Source: a virus
Direction: 5' to 3' (one strand)
Length of the DNA stretch: 64,000 bases
IMG/VR virus record: IMGVR_UViG_3300019776_000521
Coordinates: 9,556 to 73,555 of that record
In this document: in pieces, positions 17,253 to 27,528 of the stretch
Layout of the letters: every line of letters starts with the position of its first letter
Numbering within the stretch: position 1 is the first letter of the stretch
Notes under the pieces: model-generated
The model's input: the letters and a program-made list of their open reading frames with translations, nothing else
Told to the model about the DNA's origin: nothing
Databases searched by the model: none
Translations under genes and position numbers: made by a program

Positions 17253-19193
17253 ATGCCATTTAAAAATCCCCTGCCTACCCAACTCCAGGAATACATCCAC
17301 AAGAGCCGCTACGCCCGTTGGATCGACTCTAAACAGCGTCGAGAAACCTGGGAAGAAACCGTCCAGCGATACGTGGACTACTTCGCAAACAAGTTCGAGC
17401 ATTACCCAGCTGCTCAGATCTACGAAAGCATTCTCAATCTGAAAACCATGCCTTCGATGCGAGCACTCATGACTGCAGGCCCTGCATTGGAACGCGATCC
17501 AATGGCTGGCTTCAACTGCACCTTTGTGGCAGTTGACGATCAACGGGCCTTTGATGAAATCCTCTACATTCTTATGTGTGGCAGCGGTGTCGGCTTTAGC
17601 GTAGAACGCCAGTTCATAGCCAAGCTGCCGATCGTTGGAGCCAAAGCAGTTCAAGATTCCGAAGGCTTGCTCAGCATTGAAAGCGCTGACTCGCTGACAC
17701 CGATCAATGAAACGATCGTCGTGCGCGACAGCAAAGGTGGCTGGGCTGGAGCCTTCAAAGAACTTATTGCATGGCTCTACAAAGGCTTCATTCCCAAGTG
17801 GGATGTCAGCCTGGTGCGTCCTGCTGGAGCCAAGCTGAAAGTCTTTGGCGGACGAGCCAGTGGCCCACAGCCACTGATTGATCTTTTCGCTTTCACTGTC
17901 GAGACCTTCAAAGCAGCTGCTGGTCGCAAGCTCACCAGCATTGAATGCCATGATCTGGTTTGCAAGGTTGCAGACATTGTGGTTGTGGGTGGTGTGCGTC
18001 GCAGTGCACTGATCTCGCTGAGCAACCTCAGTGACGATCGTATGCGTGGAGCCAAGAACGGCCAATGGTGGGCAGTGGAACCTCAGCGTGCCCTGGCCAA
18101 CAACTCAGCTGCTTACACCGAACGGCCGTCGATGGAACTGTTCATGAAGGAATGGCTCTCGTTGATCGAGTCCAAGTCCGGTGAACGTGGAATCTTCAAT
18201 CGTGAAGCCGCAATCAAGAAGGCAGTCGAAAGCGGACGCCGTGATGCAAGCAAAGTTGTAGGCGTCAATCCTTGCGCCGAAATCACGCTGCGCTCAGCAG
18301 GCGTATGCAACCTATCTGAAGTGGTGATCCGCAAAGACGACACCATTGAAGCCCTGATCGAAAAGGTTCAGGTGGCCACCATCATCGGCACCTATCAATC
18401 GATGCTGACCGACTTCCGCTATGTGCGTGACATCTGGAAACAGAACCAACAGGAAGAACGTCTGCTTGGTGTATCGCTAACCGGCATCATGGATCACCCA
18501 GTTCTCAGCCAAACAAATGACCTGGCTGAATTCTGGTTGAAGTGCATGAAGGCTGCAGCCATCGAAACCAACAAAGAATGGGCCGAAAAACTTGGCATCA
18601 ATCAATCGGTTGCAATCACTACCGTAAAACCAAGTGGCACAGTGTCTCAGCTGGTGGACTCAGCATCAGGAATCCATCCTCGTTACTCGGAGTACTACAT
18701 ACGTACTGTCCGAGCCGACAAGAAAGATCCCTTGGCTCAGCTGATGCGCCAGCAAGGCTTCCCGGTTGAAGACTGTGCAATGAAACCAGGCAGCACTGAC
18801 ATCTTCAGCTTTCCCGTGCAAGGACCAAGCGCTGCGGTATTCCGCAACGATCGGTCTGCACTTGAACAGCTGGAGCACTACCTAATGGTGCAAACCTTCT
18901 GGTCTGAGCACAACGTCTCCATCACGGTCTACGTCAAGGACCATGAATGGATGGGTGTTGGTGATTGGGTCTACCAGAACTTTGACAAGCTGGCCGGTGT
19001 GAGCTTCCTGCCTCACAGCGATCACAGCTACAAGCAAGCGCCTTACCAGGAGTGCAGCAAGGAAGAGTACGAAGCCCTGCTTGCACGCATGCCCAATTTT
19101 GATTGGGAAGAGCTGGCCATTTTTGAGCAAGACGACTCCACCGTCAACACCAAAGAGTTGGCGTGCACTGCTGGCCAGTGTGAATTGATCTAA
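17253..19193 (+). CDS. nrdJ: Class II (adenosylcobalamin-dependent) ribonucleotide reductase
   Basis: PSMRALMTAG, FNC, NPCAEI, TVKPSGT, C-terminal CxxGxC; no small-subunit gene adjacent. Confidence 0.93.
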   Translation: MPFKNPLPTQLQEYIHKSRYARWIDSKQRRETWEETVQRYVDYFANKFEHYPAAQIYESILNLKTMPSMRALMTAGPALERDPMAGFNCTFVAVDDQRAFDEILYILMCGSGVGFSVERQFIAKLPIVGAKAVQDSEGLLSIESADSLTPINETIVVRDSKGGWAGAFKELIAWLYKGFIPKWDVSLVRPAGAKLKVFGGRASGPQPLIDLFAFTVETFKAAAGRKLTSIECHDLVCKVADIVVVGGVRRSALISLSNLSDDRMRGAKNGQWWAVEPQRALANNSAAYTERPSMELFMKEWLSLIESKSGERGIFNREAAIKKAVESGRRDASKVVGVNPCAEITLRSAGVCNLSEVVIRKDDTIEALIEKVQVATIIGTYQSMLTDFRYVRDIWKQNQQEERLLGVSLTGIMDHPVLSQTNDLAEFWLKCMKAAAIETNKEWAEKLGINQSVAITTVKPSGTVSQLVDSASGIHPRYSEYYIRTVRADKKDPLAQLMRQQGFPVEDCAMKPGSTDIFSFPVQGPSAAVFRNDRSALEQLEHYLMVQTFWSEHNVSITVYVKDHEWMGVGDWVYQNFDKLAGVSFLPHSDHSYKQAPYQECSKEEYEALLARMPNFDWEELAIFEQDDSTVNTKELACTAGQCELI

Positions 19194-19245
19194 GCAAATC
19201 GACTCCCCTCAATGAGGGGAGTCCAACCAACCAGGAGAAAGAACC

Positions 19246-19494
19246 ATGGAAGTACCCATGTCGAAAAAGTACCCCCAGTACTACAAGCCAGTAGGCACCT
19301 TGATTGAAGTCGATGTCTACGCAGTTCACAAGCTGTTTGAAATCCAAGATCCCTCTGGTGCCATCCAGCACGCCAGCAAAAAGCTTTTGCTTTCCGGCTC
19401 ACGTAACGGTGGCAAGTCAGCCTTCAAAGACATCGTTGAAGCGCGGGACACGCTTACCCGTTGGATCCAGCTGAACGAACCAACTGTCGTCTAA
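19246..19494 (+). CDS. Hypothetical protein (DUF3310-like)
   Basis: DVY...QHASKKLL..G.R..K...KDI.EA pattern; AGGAG RBS. Confidence 0.65.
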   Translation: MEVPMSKKYPQYYKPVGTLIEVDVYAVHKLFEIQDPSGAIQHASKKLLLSGSRNGGKSAFKDIVEARDTLTRWIQLNEPTVV

Positions 19495-19544
19495 GCACCA
19501 AGCGGGATCCTCCCGCTCTTACGATCAATCAACCAAGGTATCCA

Positions 19545-20531
19545 ATGACCCAACGATTTGCCAATGTGTCGGAAGTGCCTCTTGCACTTGCCGTGTTTCT
19601 CGCATCTGATTTTTACGATCACGATGACGATCCGTTTACCGTCAGTGCGACAACGCTGCTGAAGCCACTGCGGCAAATCATCCTACCTTCCCGCATTCCT
19701 GCTGGAGAAGGCTTGGTGAACCTTGCTGACATGATGAACAACCGAATGGGTAGTGCCATCCATGACGGCATTGAAAAAGCCTGGATGACCAACCATCGCA
19801 AAGCCATGCAATCCATGGGTTTGCCTGCGCGAGTAATCGATCGTGTGGTGATCAATCCGCCCATGGAAGAGCTACTCGGTCCTGACTCCATTCCAGTCTA
19901 CCTGGAGCAACGGCTTACTCGACAACTTGGCAAGTGGAAGATCACTGGCAAGTTCGACTTCATTGGAGAAGGTCGGGTACAGGATTTCAAATCCACCAGC
20001 ACCTTCACCTACAAGAAGCAAACGAGTGCTGACAAGTACACTCAGCAAGGCAGCATCTATCGGTGGCTTGATCCCAAGAAGATCACTCAAGATCAAATGG
20101 ACATCCATTACATCTTCACCGATTGGAAGGGTGCAATGGCCAAGACCGATTCAAGCTACCCGCCCAAACGGTTTCACACTCAGACTTTCGATCTGATGAG
20201 CCTTGCCGAAACCGAAAGCTTCATTCGACGCAAGCTGGCTTTGATCGAACAGCACTGGGATTCTCCTGAAGAAGAAATCCCTCTGTGCGACGACACGGAT
20301 CTGTGGCGCAGTGAACCCCAGTTTAAGTATTACAAGAACCCAGACAAGACTGCTCGCAGCACCAAGAATTTCGACACCATGCAAGACGCCATGCTCCGGC
20401 TTTCAGAAGACGGCAATGTCGGCATTGTGAAAGAAGTTCCTGGTCAAGTCACCGCCTGCAAGTATTGCCCAGCATTCGCTGCATGCACCCAAAAAGACCA
20501 ACTTGTTGCTTTGGGTGATCTCATTCTTTAA
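19545..20531 (+). CDS. PD-(D/E)XK exonuclease, Cas4/RecB-like (N4 gp42-like)
   Basis: GSAIH, GKFD...DFK, Q..IY, C-terminal CKYC...C. Confidence 0.85.
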   Translation: MTQRFANVSEVPLALAVFLASDFYDHDDDPFTVSATTLLKPLRQIILPSRIPAGEGLVNLADMMNNRMGSAIHDGIEKAWMTNHRKAMQSMGLPARVIDRVVINPPMEELLGPDSIPVYLEQRLTRQLGKWKITGKFDFIGEGRVQDFKSTSTFTYKKQTSADKYTQQGSIYRWLDPKKITQDQMDIHYIFTDWKGAMAKTDSSYPPKRFHTQTFDLMSLAETESFIRRKLALIEQHWDSPEEEIPLCDDTDLWRSEPQFKYYKNPDKTARSTKNFDTMQDAMLRLSEDGNVGIVKEVPGQVTACKYCPAFAACTQKDQLVALGDLIL

Positions 20532-20546
20532 CTCAGAAAGCAATCC

Positions 20547-22688
20547 ATGAAAACATTTGAAGAGATGGAGTACCACCCGACTTCAGAAAAGCTTGTCAAC
20601 ATTCTTTGCAGCAAGACCCAAAACAGCAACCCACTGTTTTTCCGAGTGCTGGTTGGCTACTACTTCAGTCTGGTGGCATCCATGATGCGAACCACCATTG
20701 CAACGCATGATCGCGGAGACATCCCCGTGAACATGTACGCATTAAACCTGAGTACCTCTGGTTCAGGCAAAGGCTTCTCGACCAACATCATTGAGAACGA
20801 AGTCATCAACCTGTTCCGATCCAGGTTCCTGGAAGAGACCTTTCCCATCCTGGCCGAGAACAACTTGCCAAAGCTTGCACTCAAGCGATCCAACCGCAAG
20901 AGCACGGATCCAGATGAAGAACTGGTTCGTGTCCAGAAGGAATTCGAGCAGCTTGGCTCACTGGTGTTCAGCTTTGACTCAGGCACCCCTGCTGCAGTCA
21001 AGCAGATGCGCCACAAGCTGCTGATGGCTGACGCAGGCTCCATGAACTTGCAGATCGATGAGATCGGTTCCAACCTGGTTGGCAACATGGATGTGCTCGA
21101 CACATTCATCGAACTCTACGATGTCGGCCTGATCAAATCCAAGCTGATCAAGAACACTTCAGACAATGTGCGTAACGAAGAAATCGTGGGTCGTACTCCG
21201 ACCAACATGATGCTCTTTGGCACGCCATCCAAGCTGCTGAACGGCAGCAAGACCGAGGAAGAACTCTACTCAATGCTGGAGACTGGCTATGCCCGTCGAT
21301 GCTTTTTTGGCTACAGCCGTGCATCCAACAAGATCCACGAACAGACGCCTGAAGAGATCTACGCTCAGCTGACCAACAAAGACGCCAACCTGTACCTCCA
21401 GGATCTCTCCAATCGCCTGGAGAACCTTGCGGACATCATCAACGTCAACAAGCGCCTGGTCATCACCAAGGAAACCAGCCTGCTGCTGATTGAGTACAAG
21501 CTCAAGTGTGAGCGTGAAGCGCACCTGTACCCGGAGCATGAGGAGATCAAGAAAGCAGAGATCTCGCATCGCTACTTCAAAGCCCTGAAGCTTGCCGGTG
21601 CCTATGCCTTCATCGATGATTCGACGGAACTGACCGAAGCACACCTGTACCAAGCCATCAAGCTTGCCGAAGAGTCGGGAGACTCATTCAACCGGCTGCT
21701 AACTCGAGATCGAGCCTACGTGAAGCTGGCCAAATACATCGCAACTTGCAAGCGTGATGTTACTCAAGCCGACCTGGTGGAAGACCTTCCTTTCTATCGT
21801 GGTGCACAGGGCCAGAAATCAGAGATGCTGAGCTTGGCGATCGCCTATGGCTACAAGAACAACATCATCATCAAGAAGTCATTTTCTGACGGCATCGAAT
21901 TCCTTCGGGGTGAGACGCTCAAGAAGACCGACATCAACAAGATGGTGTTGAGCTACAGCACCGACATCACCTCCGATTACCGCAACGAGCATGCACCGTT
22001 TGACCAGCTGCACAAGCTGACTCAAGCATCAGGACTCCACTGGGTAGCCCACCATCTCAATGGTGGCTATCGCAACGAGGAGAACTGCATTGCTGGCTTC
22101 AACCTGGTGGTGATCGACGTAGATGGTGGTGTCAACATCAGCACAGCCAAGTTGCTGTTGAAGAACTACAAGTTCCTCATCTACACAACCAAGCGACACA
22201 CGGCACAGGAAAACAGGTTCCGCATTGTTCTGCCAATCAACTACGAGTTGGCCATGGATGCCAAGGACTACAAAGAGTTCATGGCAAACATCTACGAATG
22301 GCTTCCATTCGATGTGGACAAGGCAACCAATCAGCGTGCACGCAAGTGGCTGTCTCACGACGGCAGCTACGAGTACAACGACGGCGACATTCTCGACGCC
22401 CTGCCCTTCATTCCCAAGACCAGCAAGAATGAAGAACGCAAAGAGCTGATGAACACACAGCAATCCATGGACAACCTGGAGCGCTGGGTGATCAACAACA
22501 TCGGGGATGGCAACCGTAACAACATGCTGCTGCGCTACGCAATGATCCTGCTTGATGGTGGTTTCGACTTTGAAAACATCCGTCAGCGCGTCATGACTTT
22601 GAACAGCAAGATTGCCGACAAGCTTGATGAAGCCGAGGTCATGGCAACTATTATGATCACAGTGGCCAAGACCATTTCCAAACGATAA
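20547..22688 (+). CDS. N4 gp43-like DNA primase/helicase-related protein
   Basis: Walker A-like SGSGKG, DEIG, AEP-like IDVD and YTTKRH...RFRI, PriCT-like GNRNN. Confidence 0.85.
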   Translation: MKTFEEMEYHPTSEKLVNILCSKTQNSNPLFFRVLVGYYFSLVASMMRTTIATHDRGDIPVNMYALNLSTSGSGKGFSTNIIENEVINLFRSRFLEETFPILAENNLPKLALKRSNRKSTDPDEELVRVQKEFEQLGSLVFSFDSGTPAAVKQMRHKLLMADAGSMNLQIDEIGSNLVGNMDVLDTFIELYDVGLIKSKLIKNTSDNVRNEEIVGRTPTNMMLFGTPSKLLNGSKTEEELYSMLETGYARRCFFGYSRASNKIHEQTPEEIYAQLTNKDANLYLQDLSNRLENLADIINVNKRLVITKETSLLLIEYKLKCEREAHLYPEHEEIKKAEISHRYFKALKLAGAYAFIDDSTELTEAHLYQAIKLAEESGDSFNRLLTRDRAYVKLAKYIATCKRDVTQADLVEDLPFYRGAQGQKSEMLSLAIAYGYKNNIIIKKSFSDGIEFLRGETLKKTDINKMVLSYSTDITSDYRNEHAPFDQLHKLTQASGLHWVAHHLNGGYRNEENCIAGFNLVVIDVDGGVNISTAKLLLKNYKFLIYTTKRHTAQENRFRIVLPINYELAMDAKDYKEFMANIYEWLPFDVDKATNQRARKWLSHDGSYEYNDGDILDALPFIPKTSKNEERKELMNTQQSMDNLERWVINNIGDGNRNNMLLRYAMILLDGGFDFENIRQRVMTLNSKIADKLDEAEVMATIMITVAKTISKR

Positions 22689-22702
22689 AGAAAGGAGCCT
22701 AC

Positions 22703-23170
22703 ATGGGCTGCGATATTCACTGGTACTCCGAAACCAAACGCAACGGTCAATGGGAGTGCGATCAAGCAAACACATTCTGCTATGACGAAGAAAACTATCC
22801 AGAAATGGATAGCTTTCCCGGTCGTGATCGAGATTATTGGTTTTTTGGCTTGCTGCAGCCTGGTGTCCGTTCCCATTGGGATTGGTCGTTTTCTGAGCGA
22901 GAAATCATCCCTGATGACTTGTCTAAAGAAGTCAAAACAATTTGGGATCGTTGGGACTCGGATGGCCACAGCCATGGATACGTCACTCGGGAAGAGATCA
23001 AAGCCAAACTCGAAGAACTCAAACCTCTTCGCACTCAGCATCTGATCAATCCGACCGACGAGGCAAATATCGTCAGGCACCACGTTACCAAACTAGAGAA
23101 CTGCTTGACCCATCTGACCTCAGACGTTCTCGATTCCGATCAGCGGATCGTCTTCTGCTTCGACAACTGA
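22703..23170 (+). CDS. Hypothetical phage protein
   Basis: MGCDIH...RDY..F..L...DGHSH...RIVF.FDN pattern; AAGGAG RBS. Confidence 0.75.
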   Translation: MGCDIHWYSETKRNGQWECDQANTFCYDEENYPEMDSFPGRDRDYWFFGLLQPGVRSHWDWSFSEREIIPDDLSKEVKTIWDRWDSDGHSHGYVTREEIKAKLEELKPLRTQHLINPTDEANIVRHHVTKLENCLTHLTSDVLDSDQRIVFCFDN

Positions 23171-23222
23171 TCCACCAATGGGGCGCTTTCCGGCGCTTCT
23201 GCGAAAACAACCAAGGAACTCA

Positions 23223-23948
23223 ATGTCCGAAACCAATGACCATCTGGTCTTGCTCTGTGGCAAGTCTGCTACAGGCAAGTCCGCATCGCTGATGGGTATT
23301 CAAAACCCTGAAGGCGTGCTTTATCTCAACTGTGAATCTGGCAAGCGATTGCCTTTCAAAACCAAGTTCATCCAGAAGACGATCACCGATCCGCTTCAAG
23401 TAAACGAGGGCTTTGACTGGGCTGAAACGCAACCCCATGTGCACACCATTGTGGTGGACAGCCTCACTTACCTGCTCGACATGTACGAGAGCTTGTATGT
23501 GCAGAATGCCGCCAATGGCATGCAAGCCTGGGGCCAGTTTGCCCAGTACTTCAAATCACTGATGCAGCACTACGTTGCCAAGTCAACGAAGCGCATCATC
23601 TTCACGGCTCACACTTCAGACACACTGAATGAATCCGAAATGCTGATGGAAACCAAGGTGCCTGTTAAAGGCTCCTTGAAGAACAACGGCATTGAGTCAT
23701 ACTTCAGTATTGTCATCTCATCGAAGAAGGTGAACCTGAAAGCACTGAAGGATTATGGTTCGGCTTTGCTGACCATTACTCCTGAAGAGGAAGCACTTGG
23801 ATTCAAGTATGTCTTCCAAACCAAGATCACGAAGGAGACGGTGAACGAGCGTCTGCGTGGTCCTCTCGGGTTGTTCGATACAAAGGAAACTTTTATCGAC
23901 AACAACATTCAGCTGGTTCTTGACCGACTGAAAGACTACTACGCCTAA
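23223..23948 (+). CDS. AAA ATPase, Sak4-like (N4 gp44-like)
   Basis: GKSATGKS, IVVDS, IFTAH; sits before SSB. Confidence 0.85.
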   Translation: MSETNDHLVLLCGKSATGKSASLMGIQNPEGVLYLNCESGKRLPFKTKFIQKTITDPLQVNEGFDWAETQPHVHTIVVDSLTYLLDMYESLYVQNAANGMQAWGQFAQYFKSLMQHYVAKSTKRIIFTAHTSDTLNESEMLMETKVPVKGSLKNNGIESYFSIVISSKKVNLKALKDYGSALLTITPEEEALGFKYVFQTKITKETVNERLRGPLGLFDTKETFIDNNIQLVLDRLKDYYA

Positions 23949-23989
23949 AGCGTTGTATAACCACTCCCCCAAACCAAAGGAAATTAAAC

Positions 23990-24730
23990 ATGTCCCTGCT
24001 TGCAAACCTTTCTACCGACGCATCCATCACCGAAGAAAAAGACTCGGTTGGAGCCAATGGCCCCCTGGATTCGGGCCTGTACAACTCGACCGTGGCAATG
24101 GCCTATCTGATCAAATCGGATGGCGGTGCACTCGGCCTGGTTCTCAACCTGAAGACTGATTCGGACAAAGAAATCCGTCAGACTCTCTGGATGACCTCCG
24201 GCACTGCCAAAGGCGGCTTGAACTACTACACCGACAAAGCCGGTGCAAAGCAGTACTTGCCTGGTTTCAACCATGCCAACAGCCTTGCGCTGCTCACCTG
24301 CGGCAAAGAGATCTCTGCTCTGGAAACCGAAACCAAAGTGGTCAAGGTCTACTCCAAGGAAGCCAAAGCCGAGGTGCCCACCAAGGTCGAAGTGCCGATG
24401 GATCTACTTGGCAAGGAAATCCTGGTTGGCCTGATTCGCCAAACCGTGGACAAGACGGCCAAGAACGCAGCCACCGGCATCTACGAGCCGACTGGTGAAA
24501 CCCGTGACGAGAACGAAATCGACAAGCTGTTCCGTGCGAAAGATCGCATGACCACTGCCGAGATTCGTGCTCAAGCCACAGAACCCGCATTCGTCGAAAC
24601 CTGGGCCACCAAATGGGCCGGTAAGACGCGCGATCGTACCAAGGGTACCTCTGGTACTCCTGGTGCACCGAAACCTGCTGGAGCACCAGCAGCTGTTGCC
24701 AAGAAGCCGACGACGAGCCTGTTTGCCTGA
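23990..24730 (+). CDS. ssb: N4-type single-stranded DNA-binding protein (gp45-like)
   Basis: YLPGF, RDENEIDK.F, C-terminal KPTTSLFA; syntenic position. Confidence 0.85.
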   Translation: MSLLANLSTDASITEEKDSVGANGPLDSGLYNSTVAMAYLIKSDGGALGLVLNLKTDSDKEIRQTLWMTSGTAKGGLNYYTDKAGAKQYLPGFNHANSLALLTCGKEISALETETKVVKVYSKEAKAEVPTKVEVPMDLLGKEILVGLIRQTVDKTAKNAATGIYEPTGETRDENEIDKLFRAKDRMTTAEIRAQATEPAFVETWATKWAGKTRDRTKGTSGTPGAPKPAGAPAAVAKKPTTSLFA

Positions 24731-24798
24731 TTCTTGGCAATCCACAAGAGATGGCAATTCAGCCATCTCTTTTTTCTCACCTCAACTAGGAAACTTCT

Positions 24799-24999
24799 AT
24801 GCAACTTGATGGCAATATGCCCCTGACCCTGCAGCTGACCGTGGATAGCGCAAACATTGTGCTGGCCGCTCTCAGCACCCAGCCTTACGATCGTGTGGCA
24901 GCACTGATCGGGATCATCCAGCAGCAAGCTCGGACCCAGATCGAAGCGTCGCAGCCGCAAGTGATGGCGCAAGAGCAGACCTCAATTCTGAAAGAATGA
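24799..24999 (+). CDS. Hypothetical protein
   Basis: LxxQPYxxVAxLIxxIQxQ motif; follows a terminator hairpin. Confidence 0.6.
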   Translation: MQLDGNMPLTLQLTVDSANIVLAALSTQPYDRVAALIGIIQQQARTQIEASQPQVMAQEQTSILKE

Positions 25000-25000
25000 G

Positions 25001-25411
25001 ATGCACAACGTCACTTCTCCCAGAACTGACGACTCCGGCATTGAGCAGGAAATCGTAGCCAAAGGCAAAGTTGCTCCGCGCGTTACACCTGCGGACATCG
25101 AAGCCAACATTGCCAGCGAGCACTACTTTACGGCTCGTGACGGGCGCCGTGGCGCACTGTACGAAGAAACCTATGTTGGGCGCGAACGGCCAGTGGTAGA
25201 CAACTCTGACCTTTTGCCGCTCGGCCTTCTGACTTTCTGCGTACTGGTTCTGCGTAACGGCTTTACCGTCACAGGTGAATCGGCCTGCGCAAGTCCTGAA
25301 AACTTCGATGCAGAAATCGGCCGCAAGATCGCCAGGCAAAACGCTGTGCAAAAGATCTGGCCCCTGATGGGCTATGAACTGCGCAGCAAACTGGCTGGAG
25401 ATGCAGCATGA
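25001..25411 (+). CDS. Phage_gp49_66-family protein (candidate nucleotide-signal sponge)
   Basis: PRVTPADIEA...LTFCVLVLRNGFTVTGESACASPENFDAEIGRKIA...IWPLMGY. Confidence 0.85.
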   Translation: MHNVTSPRTDDSGIEQEIVAKGKVAPRVTPADIEANIASEHYFTARDGRRGALYEETYVGRERPVVDNSDLLPLGLLTFCVLVLRNGFTVTGESACASPENFDAEIGRKIARQNAVQKIWPLMGYELRSKLAGDAA

Positions 25412-25758
25412 CGCGCACAGACATCGCCCGTGTGTGCCATGAGGTAAATCGGGCCTACTGCTCAGCCCTTGGTGATCATAGCCAGCCTAGCTGGGAAGAC
25501 GCACCCGAGTGGCAGAAAAGCAGCGCGCTGCTAGGTGTGAACCTGCATTGCGACAGTAATGTAGGGCCTGAAGCCAGCCACGAAAGCTGGATGAAACAAA
25601 AACTTGCTGAAGGATGGGTCTACGGGCTTGTAAAAGATCCCGTTGCCAAAACGCATCCTTGCATTGTTTTGTTCGATGATCTTCCTCAAGCACAAAAAGC
25701 CAAGGATTTCATCTTTCAAGCCATCGTTCATTCCTTGAGAGAAAGCGCAGTCCAATGA
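25408..25758 (+). CDS. RyR-domain protein
   Basis: HESWMKQKLAEGWVYG..KD...KTHPCIV.FDDLP..QKAKD. Confidence 0.88.
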   Translation: MTRTDIARVCHEVNRAYCSALGDHSQPSWEDAPEWQKSSALLGVNLHCDSNVGPEASHESWMKQKLAEGWVYGLVKDPVAKTHPCIVLFDDLPQAQKAKDFIFQAIVHSLRESAVQ

Positions 25759-26054
25759 CCAAGATTCCCGACAACACCGTGCACATCAAAAACATCGATC
25801 ACTTCATCCAGATCTTGTGCCATTGGCACGAAGGCAAGGTGAAGACTCTTGAGCACATGCTTGGCATTCCGCAAGGCGTGGAGGTCACGTTCAACGATGA
25901 TGGTCCGCAGATCCTGCAAGGTGAACTGCATCGGGGCTTCATCATCGGCTTGTCTCTTGGTTTGATGGAACTGGGCACCCTGCCCTTTGCCGTCGAAATG
26001 GAAGAAGAAGAAGAAGCAAAACCAGCAACCGTCAATGAGCCAGTTCAGCACTAG
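25755..26054 (+). CDS. Hypothetical protein
   Basis: ATGA-coupled ORF. Confidence 0.65.
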   Translation: MTKIPDNTVHIKNIDHFIQILCHWHEGKVKTLEHMLGIPQGVEVTFNDDGPQILQGELHRGFIIGLSLGLMELGTLPFAVEMEEEEEAKPATVNEPVQH

Positions 26055-26661
26055 CACCATTACGGTTGTCGGCCAGGATCCCAGTCTAAGAAACTGGGGT
26101 CTTGCGGTAGGCACCTTCAATCTGGAAAGCCAAAAGCTCACGATCAAGCTGCTGGATCTGACCAACCCTGAATTGTCAAAAGCAAAACAGGTCCGTCAGA
26201 ACAGTATTGACCTTGAGGCGGCGTACCAGCTGTACAAGGGTGCCGTTACCGCAGCAGAGGGCGCTCACGCAGTCTTCGTTGAAGTACCTGTAGGTAGCCA
26301 GTCCGCAAGGGCAATGGCCTCCTACGGGGTCTGTGTGGGCGTCCTGGGGGCATTGAGAGCGAATGGTATTCCCTTCTTCGAGGTGACTCCCGCAGAGGTC
26401 AAGCTTGCCGCAGGCGGTCACAAGAACGCCAGCAAGCAAGACATGATCAAGTGGGCCATGGCTGCACATCCTGAAGCCAACTGGCCCATGTACAAGCACA
26501 ACGGCAAGACCATCGTGAGCGAAGCGAAAGCAGAGCACATGGCGGACGCTGTTGCTGCCATTTACGCAGGACTTTCCTGCAATGCGTTCAAACAAATGTT
26601 GCCGTTCTTTTCGGCACACCTGAAGAAAGAAGCCAATGCAAATTCAGCTCAAACAAACTGA
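26035..26661 (+). CDS. RuvC-like Holliday junction resolvase
   Basis: GQDPSLRNWG, FVEVP, P.EVK, ASKQDMI, HMADA. Confidence 0.85.
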   Translation: MSQFSTSTITVVGQDPSLRNWGLAVGTFNLESQKLTIKLLDLTNPELSKAKQVRQNSIDLEAAYQLYKGAVTAAEGAHAVFVEVPVGSQSARAMASYGVCVGVLGALRANGIPFFEVTPAEVKLAAGGHKNASKQDMIKWAMAAHPEANWPMYKHNGKTIVSEAKAEHMADAVAAIYAGLSCNAFKQMLPFFSAHLKKEANANSAQTN

Positions 26662-26938
26662 AATCGTCACTGCACTGAAGCAGTACATCCACAATCAGGG
26701 CATCAACCTGACTGGGAAAGAAGTCACCATCGCCTTTACCGCTGGTCGCAAGGAAAGCGGTATCAGCGCTGAGTTGACCATTGAAGACTCCAGCATTCCT
26801 GGTTTCTCCGAAGCTGACAGTGTGGTTGCTCCGGTCACCTTGACGGTGGTTCCATCCGACTCCGGCAATGATCGACCTGCAGAGGGTGATTCCGAGCCTG
26901 AACCTGTTGCAAAGACGCCTACCGGCTTGTTCAGCTAA
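26636..26938 (+). CDS. Hypothetical N4-like conserved protein
   Basis: MQIQLKQTEI...FTAGRK; acidic tail ending GLFS. Confidence 0.7.
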   Translation: MQIQLKQTEIVTALKQYIHNQGINLTGKEVTIAFTAGRKESGISAELTIEDSSIPGFSEADSVVAPVTLTVVPSDSGNDRPAEGDSEPEPVAKTPTGLFS

Positions 26939-26950
26939 CAGGTCGCAGGC

Positions 26951-27175
26951 ATGGGCGTACTCAAGGGGATCGGCTATACCCTAGCCGCTATCCTGGTTCT
27001 TGCAGTACTATTGATCGGAGGAGCGCTCATATCTTCATTTGTTCTCGTAGCAGGATTTTTCCTGTTCGTGGCAGCTGTTGTGTCTCTAATCGCACTCTGG
27101 ATCAAGGAATGCTGTGAATCAGTACCAAATCGAACGAAGCAAAGCCAAAGAGCAGGCCCCAAAGAAGGCGCTTGA
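26951..27175 (+). CDS. Small membrane protein
   Basis: Two hydrophobic segments and a basic tail. Confidence 0.65.
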   Translation: MGVLKGIGYTLAAILVLAVLLIGGALISSFVLVAGFFLFVAAVVSLIALWIKECCESVPNRTKQSQRAGPKEGA

Positions 27176-27215
27176 GGCACTCTTCGATGAACCGCCCAAA
27201 CCCAAAGGAGTACCC

Positions 27216-27521
27216 ATGGCTAACAAGATTGATGATCTTCAAAAGCAGATCGACGCCCTGCAAAGGGAAAAAGATGCGCTACTGTCCAAGGAGAGATCCT
27301 TGGCCATTGAGGACATCAATTCCAAAATCAAGACTTTCGGCATCAAAGCCAGGGATCTGGAATTTGGAGAAGGGGCGAAAGCCTCCGCCATTGGCAAGCC
27401 CAAGGTAGCCATGAAGTACCGATCAGGTGCCAACTCCTGGTCCGGTCGTGGACGCAAACCCAAATGGGTTGAAGACCACCTTACGAAGGGTGGAAAACTT
27501 GAGGACATTCTCATCAAGTGA
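27216..27521 (+). CDS. hns: H-NS family nucleoid-associated protein
   Basis: N-terminal coiled coil; KY...SWSGRGRKPKW DNA-binding motif; AAGGAG before ATG 27216. Confidence 0.92.
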   Translation: MANKIDDLQKQIDALQREKDALLSKERSLAIEDINSKIKTFGIKARDLEFGEGAKASAIGKPKVAMKYRSGANSWSGRGRKPKWVEDHLTKGGKLEDILIK

Positions 27522-27528
27522 TGGAAAC

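Noticed and set aside
19545-20531. Cas4-like nuclease as a sign of CRISPR-Cas
   Set aside because: No repeat-spacer array or other cas genes in the window; it is a core N4-like replication gene.
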